Notes: a model not told the origin generated them from the sequence alone. 64,000 bases of DNA from Candidatus Methanoperedenaceae archaeon (GCA_963753595.1 CAVWCX010000027.1:1-64000), one strand, 5' to 3'. Positions 43,142-53,123 are shown, numbered from the stretch's first letter. Program-made: numbers and translations.

Positions 43142-43840
43142 TCACTTGTAATTTCGTTTCGAGTATGAATATCCTGAAGCTTCGCCCCCATTGGCAACTA
43201 TGTATAGCCATTCGTAAACCGATTTTATCATCCCGAACTGCTGGAACCTTCGCATTGAGAATCCAACCTTCATCTGGCCATCAAGCATTACACGCCCAAG
43301 TTTACGCATCCTCAGTGCGATCTCAACGTCATCTCCTGCATCGATGCATCTGTACATACCCGCATCAATGAACGCTTTTTTATCAAATGCAGTGTTGCAT
43401 CCCAGCGTATAATACAGTGCGCCGGTATAATACCCGATCCTTGAGAAGGTATTTGCACTCATAAGGTAGATTTTATGTTTTAATCCCATTTCAATCGGAT
43501 AAACAGTCCCATAAAGCTGGACAATATCATTTGACTCGAAATCATTCTTTATTATCTCGATCCAATCGGGAGGGATAATGCAATCCGCATCGGTTGTAGC
43601 AACGATATCACCTTTTGCGCGTAATACCCCGTCATTCCTGGCTCCCCCTACCTTTTTGCTTGTCTGGGAAATAACTTCATCGGCATATACTCTCGCCAGT
43701 TCACATGTCCGGTCCTTTGAATGTCCATCCACTACTATGATCTCGTATTCATCCCTGCTGATTGTCTGGTTACATAGGGATTGCAGGCAGGCAGTAATGT
43801 TTGCTTCTTCATTATAGGTGGGGATAATTACGGATATCAT
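43142..43840 (-). CDS. Glycosyltransferase family 2
   Basis: SVIIPTYNE, VVDGHS.D, ARNDG, DAD. Confidence 0.9.
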   Translation of the reverse strand: MISVIIPTYNEEANITACLQSLCNQTISRDEYEIIVVDGHSKDRTCELARVYADEVISQTSKKVGGARNDGVLRAKGDIVATTDADCIIPPDWIEIIKNDFESNDIVQLYGTVYPIEMGLKHKIYLMSANTFSRIGYYTGALYYTLGCNTAFDKKAFIDAGMYRCIDAGDDVEIALRMRKLGRVMLDGQMKVGFSMRRFQQFGMIKSVYEWLYIVANGGEASGYSYSKRNYK

Positions 43841-44814
43841 GATTCTATCAGTTTCCTGTAAAGATCACAATGCATATCTGCAACTTTTTTAATGTCATAC
43901 TGCTCTGTGAAGTCACGCGATCCATTAGAATAATGTCTTAATGATCCATCATCTGTGATCCGTTCTCCAGCCTCCTCTACATTATTAAAATATTGCACAG
44001 CCCCACCAAAGATCCCTTTAAATTCCGGTATCCCACGGGCAACTACGGGAAGGCCGCAGGAGAGCGCTTCCAGGATCACCAGCACAAACATCTCAGAGTA
44101 CGAGGGCATTAAAAATACATCCGCGCCGCTGTAAGCTTCCGCGATATCAGGAACGAATCCCGTGAATATTACATTATCCTGGCATTTTTTTTTCATCCAT
44201 TCTATCCTGAGGCGGTCTTTTGAAAATGGCCCGGCAGGAAACCCCCCTACCCAAACCCAGTGAATTTCAGGATACATTTTTGACAGCTCTAAAAAATCGT
44301 ATATTCCCTTTCGTGGTGTCTGCTGGCCTACGGCAAGCACTACCTTATCGCCATCAGGTATTTTATACCGTTCCCTGAAGCTTTTCCGCTTTCCTTCATC
44401 CCTTTTGAAATAATGTCTATCAACCCCGTTTGGGATCGTTGTGGTAGGAACATCAGGAGCTATATCCCCCACTTCGCTGCGGTACTCATCTAACAGGGTA
44501 ATGATATGGTCAAACTTCCGGTAGCTGTATGGGTAATAACGAGTAATATATTTGCTAAATGCCAGGCCCCCTTCATTCAGGCGGGGAGTGACATGCGCAG
44601 TCAGTATCTTTATACCCTGAGAGTATCGCCGGCTCATAAGCGACACAGGGCCGAATGTATGATAATGGACTATGTCAAAATCCCGGCCTCTGGAGTTCCA
44701 CGACACTTCCATATCCGGCATGCTGGCTAATTGCCTGTAAAGTGTTTTTGCTGCGGTTGCGCATCCCAGGTACTTTAAATTCAGGAAATCTTCTGCAAAA
44801 ATATTAACCTTCAT
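43837..44814 (-). CDS. Glycosyltransferase family 4
   Basis: IPNGVD, RKG, PSYSEMFVLVILEALSCGLPVV. Confidence 0.9.
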   Translation of the reverse strand: MKVNIFAEDFLNLKYLGCATAAKTLYRQLASMPDMEVSWNSRGRDFDIVHYHTFGPVSLMSRRYSQGIKILTAHVTPRLNEGGLAFSKYITRYYPYSYRKFDHIITLLDEYRSEVGDIAPDVPTTTIPNGVDRHYFKRDEGKRKSFRERYKIPDGDKVVLAVGQQTPRKGIYDFLELSKMYPEIHWVWVGGFPAGPFSKDRLRIEWMKKKCQDNVIFTGFVPDIAEAYSGADVFLMPSYSEMFVLVILEALSCGLPVVARGIPEFKGIFGGAVQYFNNVEEAGERITDDGSLRHYSNGSRDFTEQYDIKKVADMHCDLYRKLIES

Positions 44815-46124
44815 TATGATCCCTCACAAAATCCATTGCACTTCTGATACAATTATCCATATTTAGATATTCAAATTCCGAAAAACGTCCCACAAGCCCT
44901 ATGCCAAGTTTTGCGCAAAAGTCTTTTACTATTGCGATATTTTTCTTATAATCGAGGTCATAGATAACATACGCGTAAGTTTGCCGCTCCAGGGCAGTAT
45001 ATATTATATCCTCTCTATCCTTTATGATATTCATATTTTTAAGCGCATCAATTACATGGTCAATGATCTTCTTATCAGGCATTTTTGATACATCATCCCC
45101 TTCATGATATGTTATCTCTGCAAGTATCGCCGAATGTCCTGCGGGCGCCACTTCCGGGCTGTAATTTGACGGAAAGGAAACCCTGTTAAATAACCCCAGG
45201 TCTTTATCAGGAACATACATCCACGAGATATCCGCAAGCTTTCCACGTATCCCGATAAAAACACAGGCTATCGAGTTATACTTTAGATCATTGCAGGATC
45301 TTCTAACACCTTCCGGAACATTTTCAAGACTTTCAAGGAGCCTCTGTAAGGGAATCGTAGATATGCAGCGGTCTGCAATAATAATATTATCGCCATCACT
45401 TATTAAATACTTTTCTCCTTCTTTCTTTATGGAAGTTACGTTAAAGCCTGTGCGAATGCTCTTTTCAATCGGTGATGCAATTGATCTCACGAGAGCTTCA
45501 ATCCCGCCCTTTCGGGGGTAGGTGAAAACTGACTGGTGCGTGTATCCTTCGGTTTCTATCCCGATAGCAGATTTTATAATATCCTCTACTGGCGGGCGTG
45601 GAATGCGCCCTTCCACCCAGTGCAATGACATCTGTTCTGCCGGGAATTTCCAGATCTTTTCGTTATATGGGATCAAGTATAAGTCAGCAATGCCTTTCCC
45701 GAAGGTATGGATTATCCACTCACGAAAATTCCGGGGGGGCGAAAGTTCGCCTTTTTCAACAGCGATCAGGGTTTTAATGAATTCATTGATACAGAAAAAG
45801 AGATCATCTTTTGGAAGCTGGCTCAACCCGTTTTCAAAGGGATATTTGATATACTTGTCCCTTATAGAAAATTTTTGTATTGCGATCATTGCGCTGGCTG
45901 TTCTCTCCGAGAATATCATTTATAAATGTGAGGACTTCCAGGTCACGGCTGAAAATAATGTGCGAACCCCCAATATCAAAAGTGAACCCGGATTTGCTCA
46001 CAGAGCGGCATAATCCCCCAAAAACCGGTTCACGCTCAAGAACTGTCACCTCAACACCTTTTTGCGAAAGTAAGCGGGCAAGAGTGATACCGCTAAGACC
46101 ACCACCAAGTATTGCTGTTTTCAC
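44804..46124 (-). CDS. FAD-dependent oxidoreductase (HemY/UDP-galactopyranose-mutase-like), frameshift near 45860
   Basis: GGGLSG, GGLCRS, FDIGGSH in 45834-46124; PYNEKIW, YPRKGG, GRFSEFEYLNMD in the downstream frame; one extra base in AAGGGAC. Confidence 0.85.
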
Positions 46125-46231
46125 GTTGGATTAATCGCTATCAATCAATATATTGTTATCTATTTGATAAAAACCGAAGTGTTAAAATATCTATAAACCA
46201 GAACTTACAATAACTTACATAGGAGGAATTT

Positions 46232-46818
46232 ATGAAAAAGTCTTTAGGTGCAAAAACTCTTGTTTATCCTCTCCCGGTCTGGGTTGTGGGAACATATGAC
46301 AAAGCAAATAAGCCCAACGTGGCGACCATCGCCTGGGGCGGTATCTGTTGCTCCCAACCGCCCTGTGTAGCGATCTCTCTTCGCAAAGCTACATATTCGT
46401 ACGGGAATATCATGGAGCAAAAGCCTTCACCGTGAATGTTCCTTCAGAAAAGTACGCAAAGGATGCGGATTATTTCGGTATGGTATCAGGGAAGGATACA
46501 GACAAGTTCGCCGAATCCGGGCTGACCAGCGTTAAGAGCGAACTTGTGGATGCTCCATATGTGAAGGAATTCCCTCTTATCCTTGAGTGCAAACTGATCC
46601 GTTCTATTGAAATAGGGCTGCACACGCAGTTTATCGGTGAGATCATGGATGTCAAGGCAGATGAGCATGTACTTGGTGAGAAAGGGATTACTGATATCGA
46701 AAAATTAAAACCGGTCATATTTGCCGCTGATACCGGCGGTTATTATGGTGTCGGTAAATTTATTGGAAAGGCATATTCTATCGGGAAAAAGATTTCTTCA
46801 AAAGATAGATCTTCCTAA
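46232..46818 (+). CDS. Flavin reductase family protein (flavoredoxin-like), frameshift near 46420
   Basis: [12 protein letters not shown]...AWGG joins AFTVNVPS...GMVSG...LECKL...[10 protein letters not shown] if one A is added. Confidence 0.87.
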
Positions 46819-46907
46819 AACATGCAGATTGAATAAGTAAAAAAATAGTTGGGAAGATTTGGATAGGATAGGAGTGATAAAAAAATATTTTTATCTGCCC
46901 AACTATT

Positions 46908-46927
46908 TATTCGCATATATGCGAATA
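46908..46927. promoter_or_regulatory. Perfect 20-bp palindrome
   Basis: TATTCGCATA|TATGCGAATA. Confidence 0.5.
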
Positions 46928-47175
46928 TGGTATTAATCGTTTATGACCATTCCCAATAAGTGATAATAGCTTGCCTCTCTCCAATAAAAATGCTTTGAAT
47001 CCTCAGAAAATGAAACTCATGATTTGATCGCATTTCCCTGAACAACCCGAAAAGATATATTCGGATGAATACTGACATCCTCATTTCATGAGAATGGATT
47101 ACACCGTTTATTATTGTATAGGTCTATGTATTATTGTTACCTTCTGAAAATAAGGAATTGGCGAGGTCTATTACT

Positions 47176-47454
47176 ATGTCAAAAAAAGAACGGGAAATTA
47201 AAGCAAAAATTAATTGGGATGAACTTAATGATTTTTGGTCTTGCCAGTATGAAGACGATTATGGACAATTTTTCAATACTCGAACAACATCTTCAAACAG
47301 ATTTATGAAAGTTTACAAGGAACAACTTTCCCTTATCCAGGATATCATAAAAGACTCTGAATCTTATTTTGAAACCCAGGTATTAAAAAGTGAAATGACC
47401 CGAAAACCCGAATCATCCAGGGCCCTTAAAACCGGGGATCATCTGGCAAATTAG
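47176..47454 (+). CDS. Hypothetical protein
   Basis: SD-like GAGGT before the ATG of MSKKERE. Confidence 0.55.
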   Translation: MSKKEREIKAKINWDELNDFWSCQYEDDYGQFFNTRTTSSNRFMKVYKEQLSLIQDIIKDSESYFETQVLKSEMTRKPESSRALKTGDHLAN

Positions 47455-47498
47455 TAAATATTCGAGGTGATGCTATTATAAATAATTTAGAAGATGGT

Positions 47499-47795
47499 AT
47501 GAAGAAAAGGTTATTAAAATTTCTTGTCCGGGATAAAGTAGGCATAAGGAAATGTCTTCTAAACCTGTTTTTGCAGACAAGGAATTATACAACCTGCGAA
47601 GTTTATGATCACCTTATAAACAAGGGATTTGAAATTAATTATAGAGGCGTCTCTTCTATGGTTGGGCAGATGCATACAAGGCTGGGTATCCTGCATATTT
47701 ATTTGAATAGGGAGCATCGTATCTATTCACTCAAGGAAGACCACAGGAATATTATACAAATGATTTTAACAACTCCCACCAGATTTCCCGGATAA
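47499..47795 (+). CDS. DUF2551-like protein
   Basis: RD..GIRK..L.LF, YRGVSSMVGQM.TRLGIL, YSLKE. Confidence 0.75.
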   Translation: MKKRLLKFLVRDKVGIRKCLLNLFLQTRNYTTCEVYDHLINKGFEINYRGVSSMVGQMHTRLGILHIYLNREHRIYSLKEDHRNIIQMILTTPTRFPG

Positions 47796-47973
47796 TCCGG
47801 GAATTCTATTATAGACAAACAGTATTATCAGATTTTGAGAATAGCCTATCCCTTTTATTTCCTGGGAAAATAATCATAAAGATAGAGGATGGCAGCTTGA
47901 CCATTTTTTCGAACTATACCACCACCCATATCCCCTCAAATGTCATGCTGCCTAAATACCTCTGTTTTACAAA

Positions 47974-48144
47974 ATATCTAATAAAATCATTGGAGCAGCA
48001 ATACAGGTACACAGAAACCTTGGACCTGGATTGCTGGAAAGTACCTATGAAGTTTGCTTGAAATATGAATTGGAAAAGAGAGGTCTAAAAATTCAGTCAC
48101 AGGTTGGACTTCCGGTCATATATGATAACACCTTGGTCTATTAA
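47974..48144 (+). pseudogene. GxxExxY protein fragment
   Basis: [52 protein letters not shown]; no start codon, truncated before the nuclease motifs. Confidence 0.85.
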
Positions 48145-48223
48145 TTAATTTCAATGTAATGCTTCTTAAGGATGGAATTAAACGCAGGATTAATTAATTA
48201 CTCTGTGTCCTGGTATGAAAATT

Positions 48224-48286
48224 AACAACGAACTTGTACTAACTGATACGAACTCACGCCACCGGAGTTCGTTTTAGTTCGTTGTT
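48224..48286. repeat. Hairpin of 10-bp periodic units (ACGAACT core)
   Basis: aacaacgaact-tgtactaact-gatacgaact ... agttcgtttt-agttcgttgtt. Confidence 0.7.
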
Positions 48287-48563
48287 TTTTTTTAATGTTC
48301 ATTTAGGAACCTCAGTTCATGGCCGACTTATTTTTAAAACAAAATTCAATCATTTTTAGGGCTATAAGCGAGTGCGATATAAATTTATTTATTGTTATTT
48401 ATATAATCCAAGCGAATCATGACGCTATGGGCAAAAATCAGAGGTTTAGGTGCAAAGCTTGAAGCAGGTTAAAATCATATATAAGAAAGAAGAACGCTTC
48501 ATCCCAGGCATCTTTGGCTATGAGAGAAGCGGGAGAGCAATGCAACTCAATTGTTTTATTTTT

Positions 48564-48758
48564 CTATTCATCATCCAGCATTTCTTCTAAAATTTCGTCG
48601 GTATTTACCAGGTATCTCGCTCTTTCCATGTCTATCTCCTCCATCCTCTTCCATGAAGACAAGGTATGGATGATTACTTTGGGTTGAAATTTCATGAAAA
48701 CTGGAACAAATCCTGATGTCTTCTTTGAATCCTTAATCTCATTTTCAAAATTTCTCAT
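48564..48758 (-). CDS. Small hypothetical protein, 64 aa
   Basis: SD GAGGTGA upstream of the ATG. Confidence 0.55.
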   Translation of the reverse strand: MRNFENEIKDSKKTSGFVPVFMKFQPKVIIHTLSSWKRMEEIDMERARYLVNTDEILEEMLDDE

Positions 48759-49119
48759 TTCTTTTCACCTCTTGTCTTAGGCTGTTATCTAAGCACTTTA
48801 TACCACGATCTTTTGGAATATATATGGTACAAACCATTCCCACAAAATGAAAACGATCTACAAATGAGAATAATAGGCCGATACCACCATTCTGACTTTA
48901 CCTGTATCTGATTTTATTCAATATCCTTGATATTTGGGTGAGCGAGCCTTTTCCAGAGCCTGATAATCTTGTAGTTGCTGTCTTCTTTCTTAATGTCAAC
49001 CGAAAGCACTCCATTATTGATACGGATCGTTGCCTCACGAAGTGCACAGTGGAAATATCTCTCTTCGTTGCCCTGGAGATTTATGATTGTCTTGACATGT
49101 TGTATGATCCCGGCAGCTT

Positions 49120-49263
49120 CTTACCTACGGAAATGATATGATCGAGTATGCATATACTGGAAAATCACTTTTTTCACCCGGGCTGGATATAGTCGTGCTG
49201 GTGTTCTTCATATTGATCTTCCAGATAGCGGCAAATTACCTTTACAAGAAGTTCAATGAGTGA
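49120..49263 (+). pseudogene. C-terminal fragment of an ABC-2-type permease
   Basis: LTYGNDMIEYAYTGKSLFSPGLDIVVLVFFILIFQIAANYLYKKFNE*; no start. Confidence 0.55.
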
Positions 49264-49443
49264 ATTGAAATGTTCATTGATGTGGGCGCCACAACCAAGG
49301 AAGATGCAGAAAAAATAGGTGTGAAGGCCGGGACGCCAATAACTCCTGATATGGAGTTCAAAACCTTAGGCAATGATCGGGTCACAGGTAAAGCTTTTGA
49401 TAACCGCGCAGGCTGCACAATGCTTATCGGGGATATTAAATAA
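49264..49443 (+). pseudogene. Internal fragment of an M42 family aminopeptidase
   Basis: MFIDVGATTKEDAEKIGVKAGTPI...VTGKAFDNRAGC. Confidence 0.8.
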
Positions 49444-49648
49444 TTAATTAAATCATTAATCGCTTGATGTAGAAAAGATATCATTCTACTTTTAACCGAC
49501 GAAGACTTGGCAGTACTGCCAGGCGGAATGTTTAAATAGCTCTTTCTTGGATATAAAAAGCATAGGAGAAAAGGGAGGTTAAAATGAAATTCAATATGCT
49601 CCCTCGAATAATGTCCAAATCAAAGAATAATTAAACGGGATGGTATTA

Positions 49649-49888
49649 ATGGCAAGATTTAAAGTGGAGATTGAAAGACCGTTATGCATATCATGTGAGA
49701 GCTGCGTTAACATCTGTCCTGAATTCTGGGAGATGGCTCCTGATGGTTTTTCCCATTTAAAGGGTTCAAAAAAAGTAGGTGAGAATGAAGAAAGGGAAGT
49801 GGACGATGTGAGTTGCAACAACGACGCGGCAGAGAACTGCCCGGCTACTTGCATCCATGTGTATGAAAATGGAAAAAAAATCATTTGA
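49649..49888 (+). CDS. Single-cluster ferredoxin
   Basis: CISCESCVNICP ... AAENCPATCI. Confidence 0.9.
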   Translation: MARFKVEIERPLCISCESCVNICPEFWEMAPDGFSHLKGSKKVGENEEREVDDVSCNNDAAENCPATCIHVYENGKKII

Positions 49889-49926
49889 GATATTCTCATG
49901 CGAAACAAATTACACTGAGGCTAATT

Positions 49927-50307
49927 ATGTTTAAAAGAATTGACCATATAGAAATTATTCCCGGAGATATAGAGAAAACCATTAGCTTCTACACAGGAAT
50001 CCTGGGTTTTAAAATTAAACAGCGACAAAAGGTAGAAGTGCCTCCTCTGGAAGAGATAGTTTACATTGAACTCAATGGTTCAGTTATAGAACTTATGAAG
50101 GTTAAGAATCCTGCCCTTCCATCTCAAAATCCATGGCAGGCTGGTTTGAGGATGATAGCACTTGAGGTAGAGGACATGGATACGGCTGTAAAGTATCTTG
50201 CGAGTAAAGGAGTGGAAATAACCTGGGGGCCGATAACTCTTGGGAAATCAAAAAGAGCTGAAATAAAAGATCCGGATGGGCTTTCAATCGAACTGCGGCA
50301 GTGGTAG
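49927..50307 (+). CDS. VOC/glyoxalase family protein
   Basis: RIDHIE, FYTGILGF, IALEVED, DPDGLSIEL. Confidence 0.88.
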   Translation: MFKRIDHIEIIPGDIEKTISFYTGILGFKIKQRQKVEVPPLEEIVYIELNGSVIELMKVKNPALPSQNPWQAGLRMIALEVEDMDTAVKYLASKGVEITWGPITLGKSKRAEIKDPDGLSIELRQW

Positions 50308-50362
50308 AAACCGAGTAGATCATATTAAAGTGTTGATTATCTTAAGTTAAAGGTGAACAGAA

Positions 50363-50749
50363 ATGGTAAAAATTGAAGGAAAATACAAGGAAATCATGGA
50401 TAGAACAGAATGGGTCGCCATAGCTACATGTGGGGAAAATGGCCCTCATATGGTAGCGACATGGGGAGACTATGTGAGAGCGCTCAATGTAAAAGATAAC
50501 GAGGTAATAGTCATTCCTGCAGGGCATTATAACATTACAGAAGAAAATCTCAAGAAGAACAATCGTGTTGAACTGCTCATTGCTTCCAGGCAGGTTGAGG
50601 GAACTTATGGCCCCGGACAGGGGTGCTGCATCTCCGGAACAGGGGAGATACTGACTTCGGGAAAATTTGCCCAGATGGCAAAATCAAAGTTTTCCTGGGC
50701 AAGGGGAGCGCTTGTAATAAAGGTAGACGGGGTAAAGACGCAGCTCTGA
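50363..50749 (+). CDS. FMN-binding split-barrel (PNPOx-like) protein
   Basis: VAIAT..GPHMVATW, IPAG, TEENL..N, G.GPGQG, FSWAR. Confidence 0.8.
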   Translation: MVKIEGKYKEIMDRTEWVAIATCGENGPHMVATWGDYVRALNVKDNEVIVIPAGHYNITEENLKKNNRVELLIASRQVEGTYGPGQGCCISGTGEILTSGKFAQMAKSKFSWARGALVIKVDGVKTQL

Positions 50750-50768
50750 ATATTCTTTCCTTGATTAT

Positions 50769-51344
50769 CTATCTGACATCTTTGAGCTGATTTTTTGCTT
50801 CTGCATCTGGCGGATACGTGATGCCCAATCCATTTACCCATGCAAAAGGCGTGAGCGTATGAGGTGAACAGCGATTCAAACTCATAATGTGTTCTACCCT
50901 GATATCCCGAATCAAAAGTGCATCGGCAATAAGAGAGCGATGACAGCGCCAGGGAAGGGCTTCCGCACACATTAATGCGATTTGTTCCGACTCTGCAAGA
51001 TGTATTAACTCCTGTAAATTTTTCTCAAATTCTTCTGTCTGCATGTAGTCAGCAAAACCCCTGAAAGATGAGTTATGCCAGCCCATATTAGGCGAGTCTT
51101 TCCGTGCATGGCGAAGGCCGCCCAGCCCGGCCATATGTGTGTAACCCATGCCAGCAGTGCGCAGGTTGCCGGGTAATGTTTCGTTATTGAACTGAGGGTT
51201 GTGTCTTGAGCGTGGAACCGTTCGGATATCTACAACCATTGTCACGGAGTGCGCCTGCAAAAGGCTGATAAATGCATCCAATGTGCGCGTGGAATGCCCA
51301 ATGGTTAACACGACATGTGAACTGTCATAACTATTTACCGTCAT
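50769..51344 (-). CDS. DUF488 family protein
   Basis: TIGHSTR, DIRTVPRSRHNPQF, LGGLR, FRGFADYM, MCAEALPWRCHRSLIAD. Confidence 0.9.
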   Translation of the reverse strand: MTVNSYDSSHVVLTIGHSTRTLDAFISLLQAHSVTMVVDIRTVPRSRHNPQFNNETLPGNLRTAGMGYTHMAGLGGLRHARKDSPNMGWHNSSFRGFADYMQTEEFEKNLQELIHLAESEQIALMCAEALPWRCHRSLIADALLIRDIRVEHIMSLNRCSPHTLTPFAWVNGLGITYPPDAEAKNQLKDVR

Positions 51345-52287
51345 AGATACCATCCCTGGCAAGGCGCTCCAGCAACAAATGGAAGTAGAGGAACCCGGCG
51401 TAAGGCTTCCATCTTGAGAGAATGCACCTTACGTCTTCATAGTCCATCGTTTCTTTTAGTTTCAACCAGCGCTGCAGGTTCTTACGGGCACCCACATCAT
51501 CGCCGGGAAAAAGATGGATTCGTCCAAGACCTCGAAGCATGACATATTCGGCTGTCCATCGGCCTACACCCCGTAACTGACAGAGACGTGTAAGGACGGT
51601 GTCATCATCCAGTGCTTCCAGGGCTTCCATATCCAGATGTTTATCAGCAATCATCCGGGCCAGTTCGATAATTGCACCTGCTTTATTATAACTTAATCCC
51701 AATCTTCTTAAATCCTGCGGTTTTAGTCCTGCCAGGTCTTCCGGCTGGGGAAAAGCGTAGACTGATGAGCTTTCTGCCCGGACTGACCTGCCAAAGTCCG
51801 TTGCCAATCTATTAAGCAGGATAATGCCCAGGGTAAGCGTTATCTGCTGACTGGCAATTCCATTGATTATCGCCTCGAACAGCATAGGGAAGCGAGGCGG
51901 TTTGAGTCCACGATATCGCTCTGCCAGTTGTGAAAGTTGAGCATCCTCAGAAGCAAGCTGATATAATTCAAGGAGGTTTTGCCTGGTACCCAGCATCCGT
52001 TCAACTATTGCCACTATAGTAGATTCATCTTTAGACGAAAGTCCGGCGCTGGCAGCTTCGATATTAAGTTCAGGATTATCCCGCGGGCCTGTTTGTGTAA
52101 CTGCAACATCTACAGCCCGGCCATCAAGGAGTAGCACCCGACGGTAAGTTTTCCCATCCCACCGGTCCACTATATTATTTGCCCGGCGGCGAAGAGCCCA
52201 TACCGTCAAATCCAGTCGAAATGGCGCCACTGGTTTGAGGTAAAGAGAGATAAGTTTCAAAGGTATCTCCTTTACACCTGTTTTCAT
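51331..52287 (-). CDS. alkA: DNA-3-methyladenine glycosylase II (HhH-GPD)
   Basis: IASQQI, FPQPE, HhH motif LRGVGRWTAEY, FPGDD, WKPYAG. Confidence 0.85.
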   Translation of the reverse strand: MKTGVKEIPLKLISLYLKPVAPFRLDLTVWALRRRANNIVDRWDGKTYRRVLLLDGRAVDVAVTQTGPRDNPELNIEAASAGLSSKDESTIVAIVERMLGTRQNLLELYQLASEDAQLSQLAERYRGLKPPRFPMLFEAIINGIASQQITLTLGIILLNRLATDFGRSVRAESSSVYAFPQPEDLAGLKPQDLRRLGLSYNKAGAIIELARMIADKHLDMEALEALDDDTVLTRLCQLRGVGRWTAEYVMLRGLGRIHLFPGDDVGARKNLQRWLKLKETMDYEDVRCILSRWKPYAGFLYFHLLLERLARDGIYDGK

Positions 52288-52305
52288 ATCTTTACAAGAA
52301 TCACT

Positions 52306-52518
52306 TCATTTTTGTCTTCCAGGGTATTGCAGGAAGTCATTATCATCGCAATTTTTAACCCCCAATCCTGAATCCAGGACCCTGCCACCATGATTGGAAA
52401 CGCCTATGACATCAGCCGCAGCCAGTGCATCCTCCGCGCACATAACTCCTTTGACAATGAATGGAAGTCGTGTTGTATTTTTGAGCTCTCGCAGTTCGTC
52501 TATTGTTTTCCTGAACAC
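52306..52518 (-). pseudogene. Fragment of an FMN-dependent alpha-hydroxy-acid dehydrogenase
   Basis: LPFIVKGVM..EDA...VSNHGGRVLD; only about 55 homologous residues remain. Confidence 0.75.
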
Positions 52519-52626
52519 AGGCTTTCATTAGATCAATCAGGATTTCTTGCGACTGAGGCTTGAAAATGTCCTCATTATAACATAGATATTGCATACGGCA
52601 CAGAGCCATTTGACCATTTACTAAAG

Positions 52627-52926
52627 TTATTTCATCCCGGACTGCTCTTTGCCTGAACCCTTGAGGCAGTAGCGATCCCACCTGAGAGCCAAATTCTTCT
52701 GGACAGGGCAGGTAGGGCACACGCAGCCTTTGTCTTTCTTGATCATTGAGCTTTTCCCGATCGCGCAGAACGTGAGTTTCTTCTCCCCGGTTCCGGCATA
52801 TGTGGGACATTTTCCGCAGACGCATATCTTATCAAGCTCCTTGATCTGGGCCTGCACCTGCGCAGGAGACATTTTACTCATTGCTTCCATATTCTGTTCA
52901 AAAGTTTTCTTTTGTTCTTTTGGCAT
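52627..52926 (-). CDS. DUF2769-like Cys-rich protein
   Basis: CVCGKCPTY...FCAIGKS...GCVCPTCPV...YC. Confidence 0.8.
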   Translation of the reverse strand: MPKEQKKTFEQNMEAMSKMSPAQVQAQIKELDKICVCGKCPTYAGTGEKKLTFCAIGKSSMIKKDKGCVCPTCPVQKNLALRWDRYCLKGSGKEQSGMK

Positions 52927-53123
52927 ATTTACCCCCTTATATTAACATAATAACTATTCTGGTTATTTGTATATAATAGTTATCCACTTTATCTATCGGT
53001 AGTTTTGTAATTCCTCCCTCGGCGGGTCTTCAAAACTTATCAGTCCTGCAAAATTCTTTATCCATTCGATACATTTATGTTTGCGTTGCCACATATAATT
53101 AAATAGATAAGGGGTGACAGAAC

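Noticed and set aside
48938-49141. 67-aa plus-strand ORF
   Set aside because: Antisense to a more protein-like minus-strand fragment and spans a fragment junction
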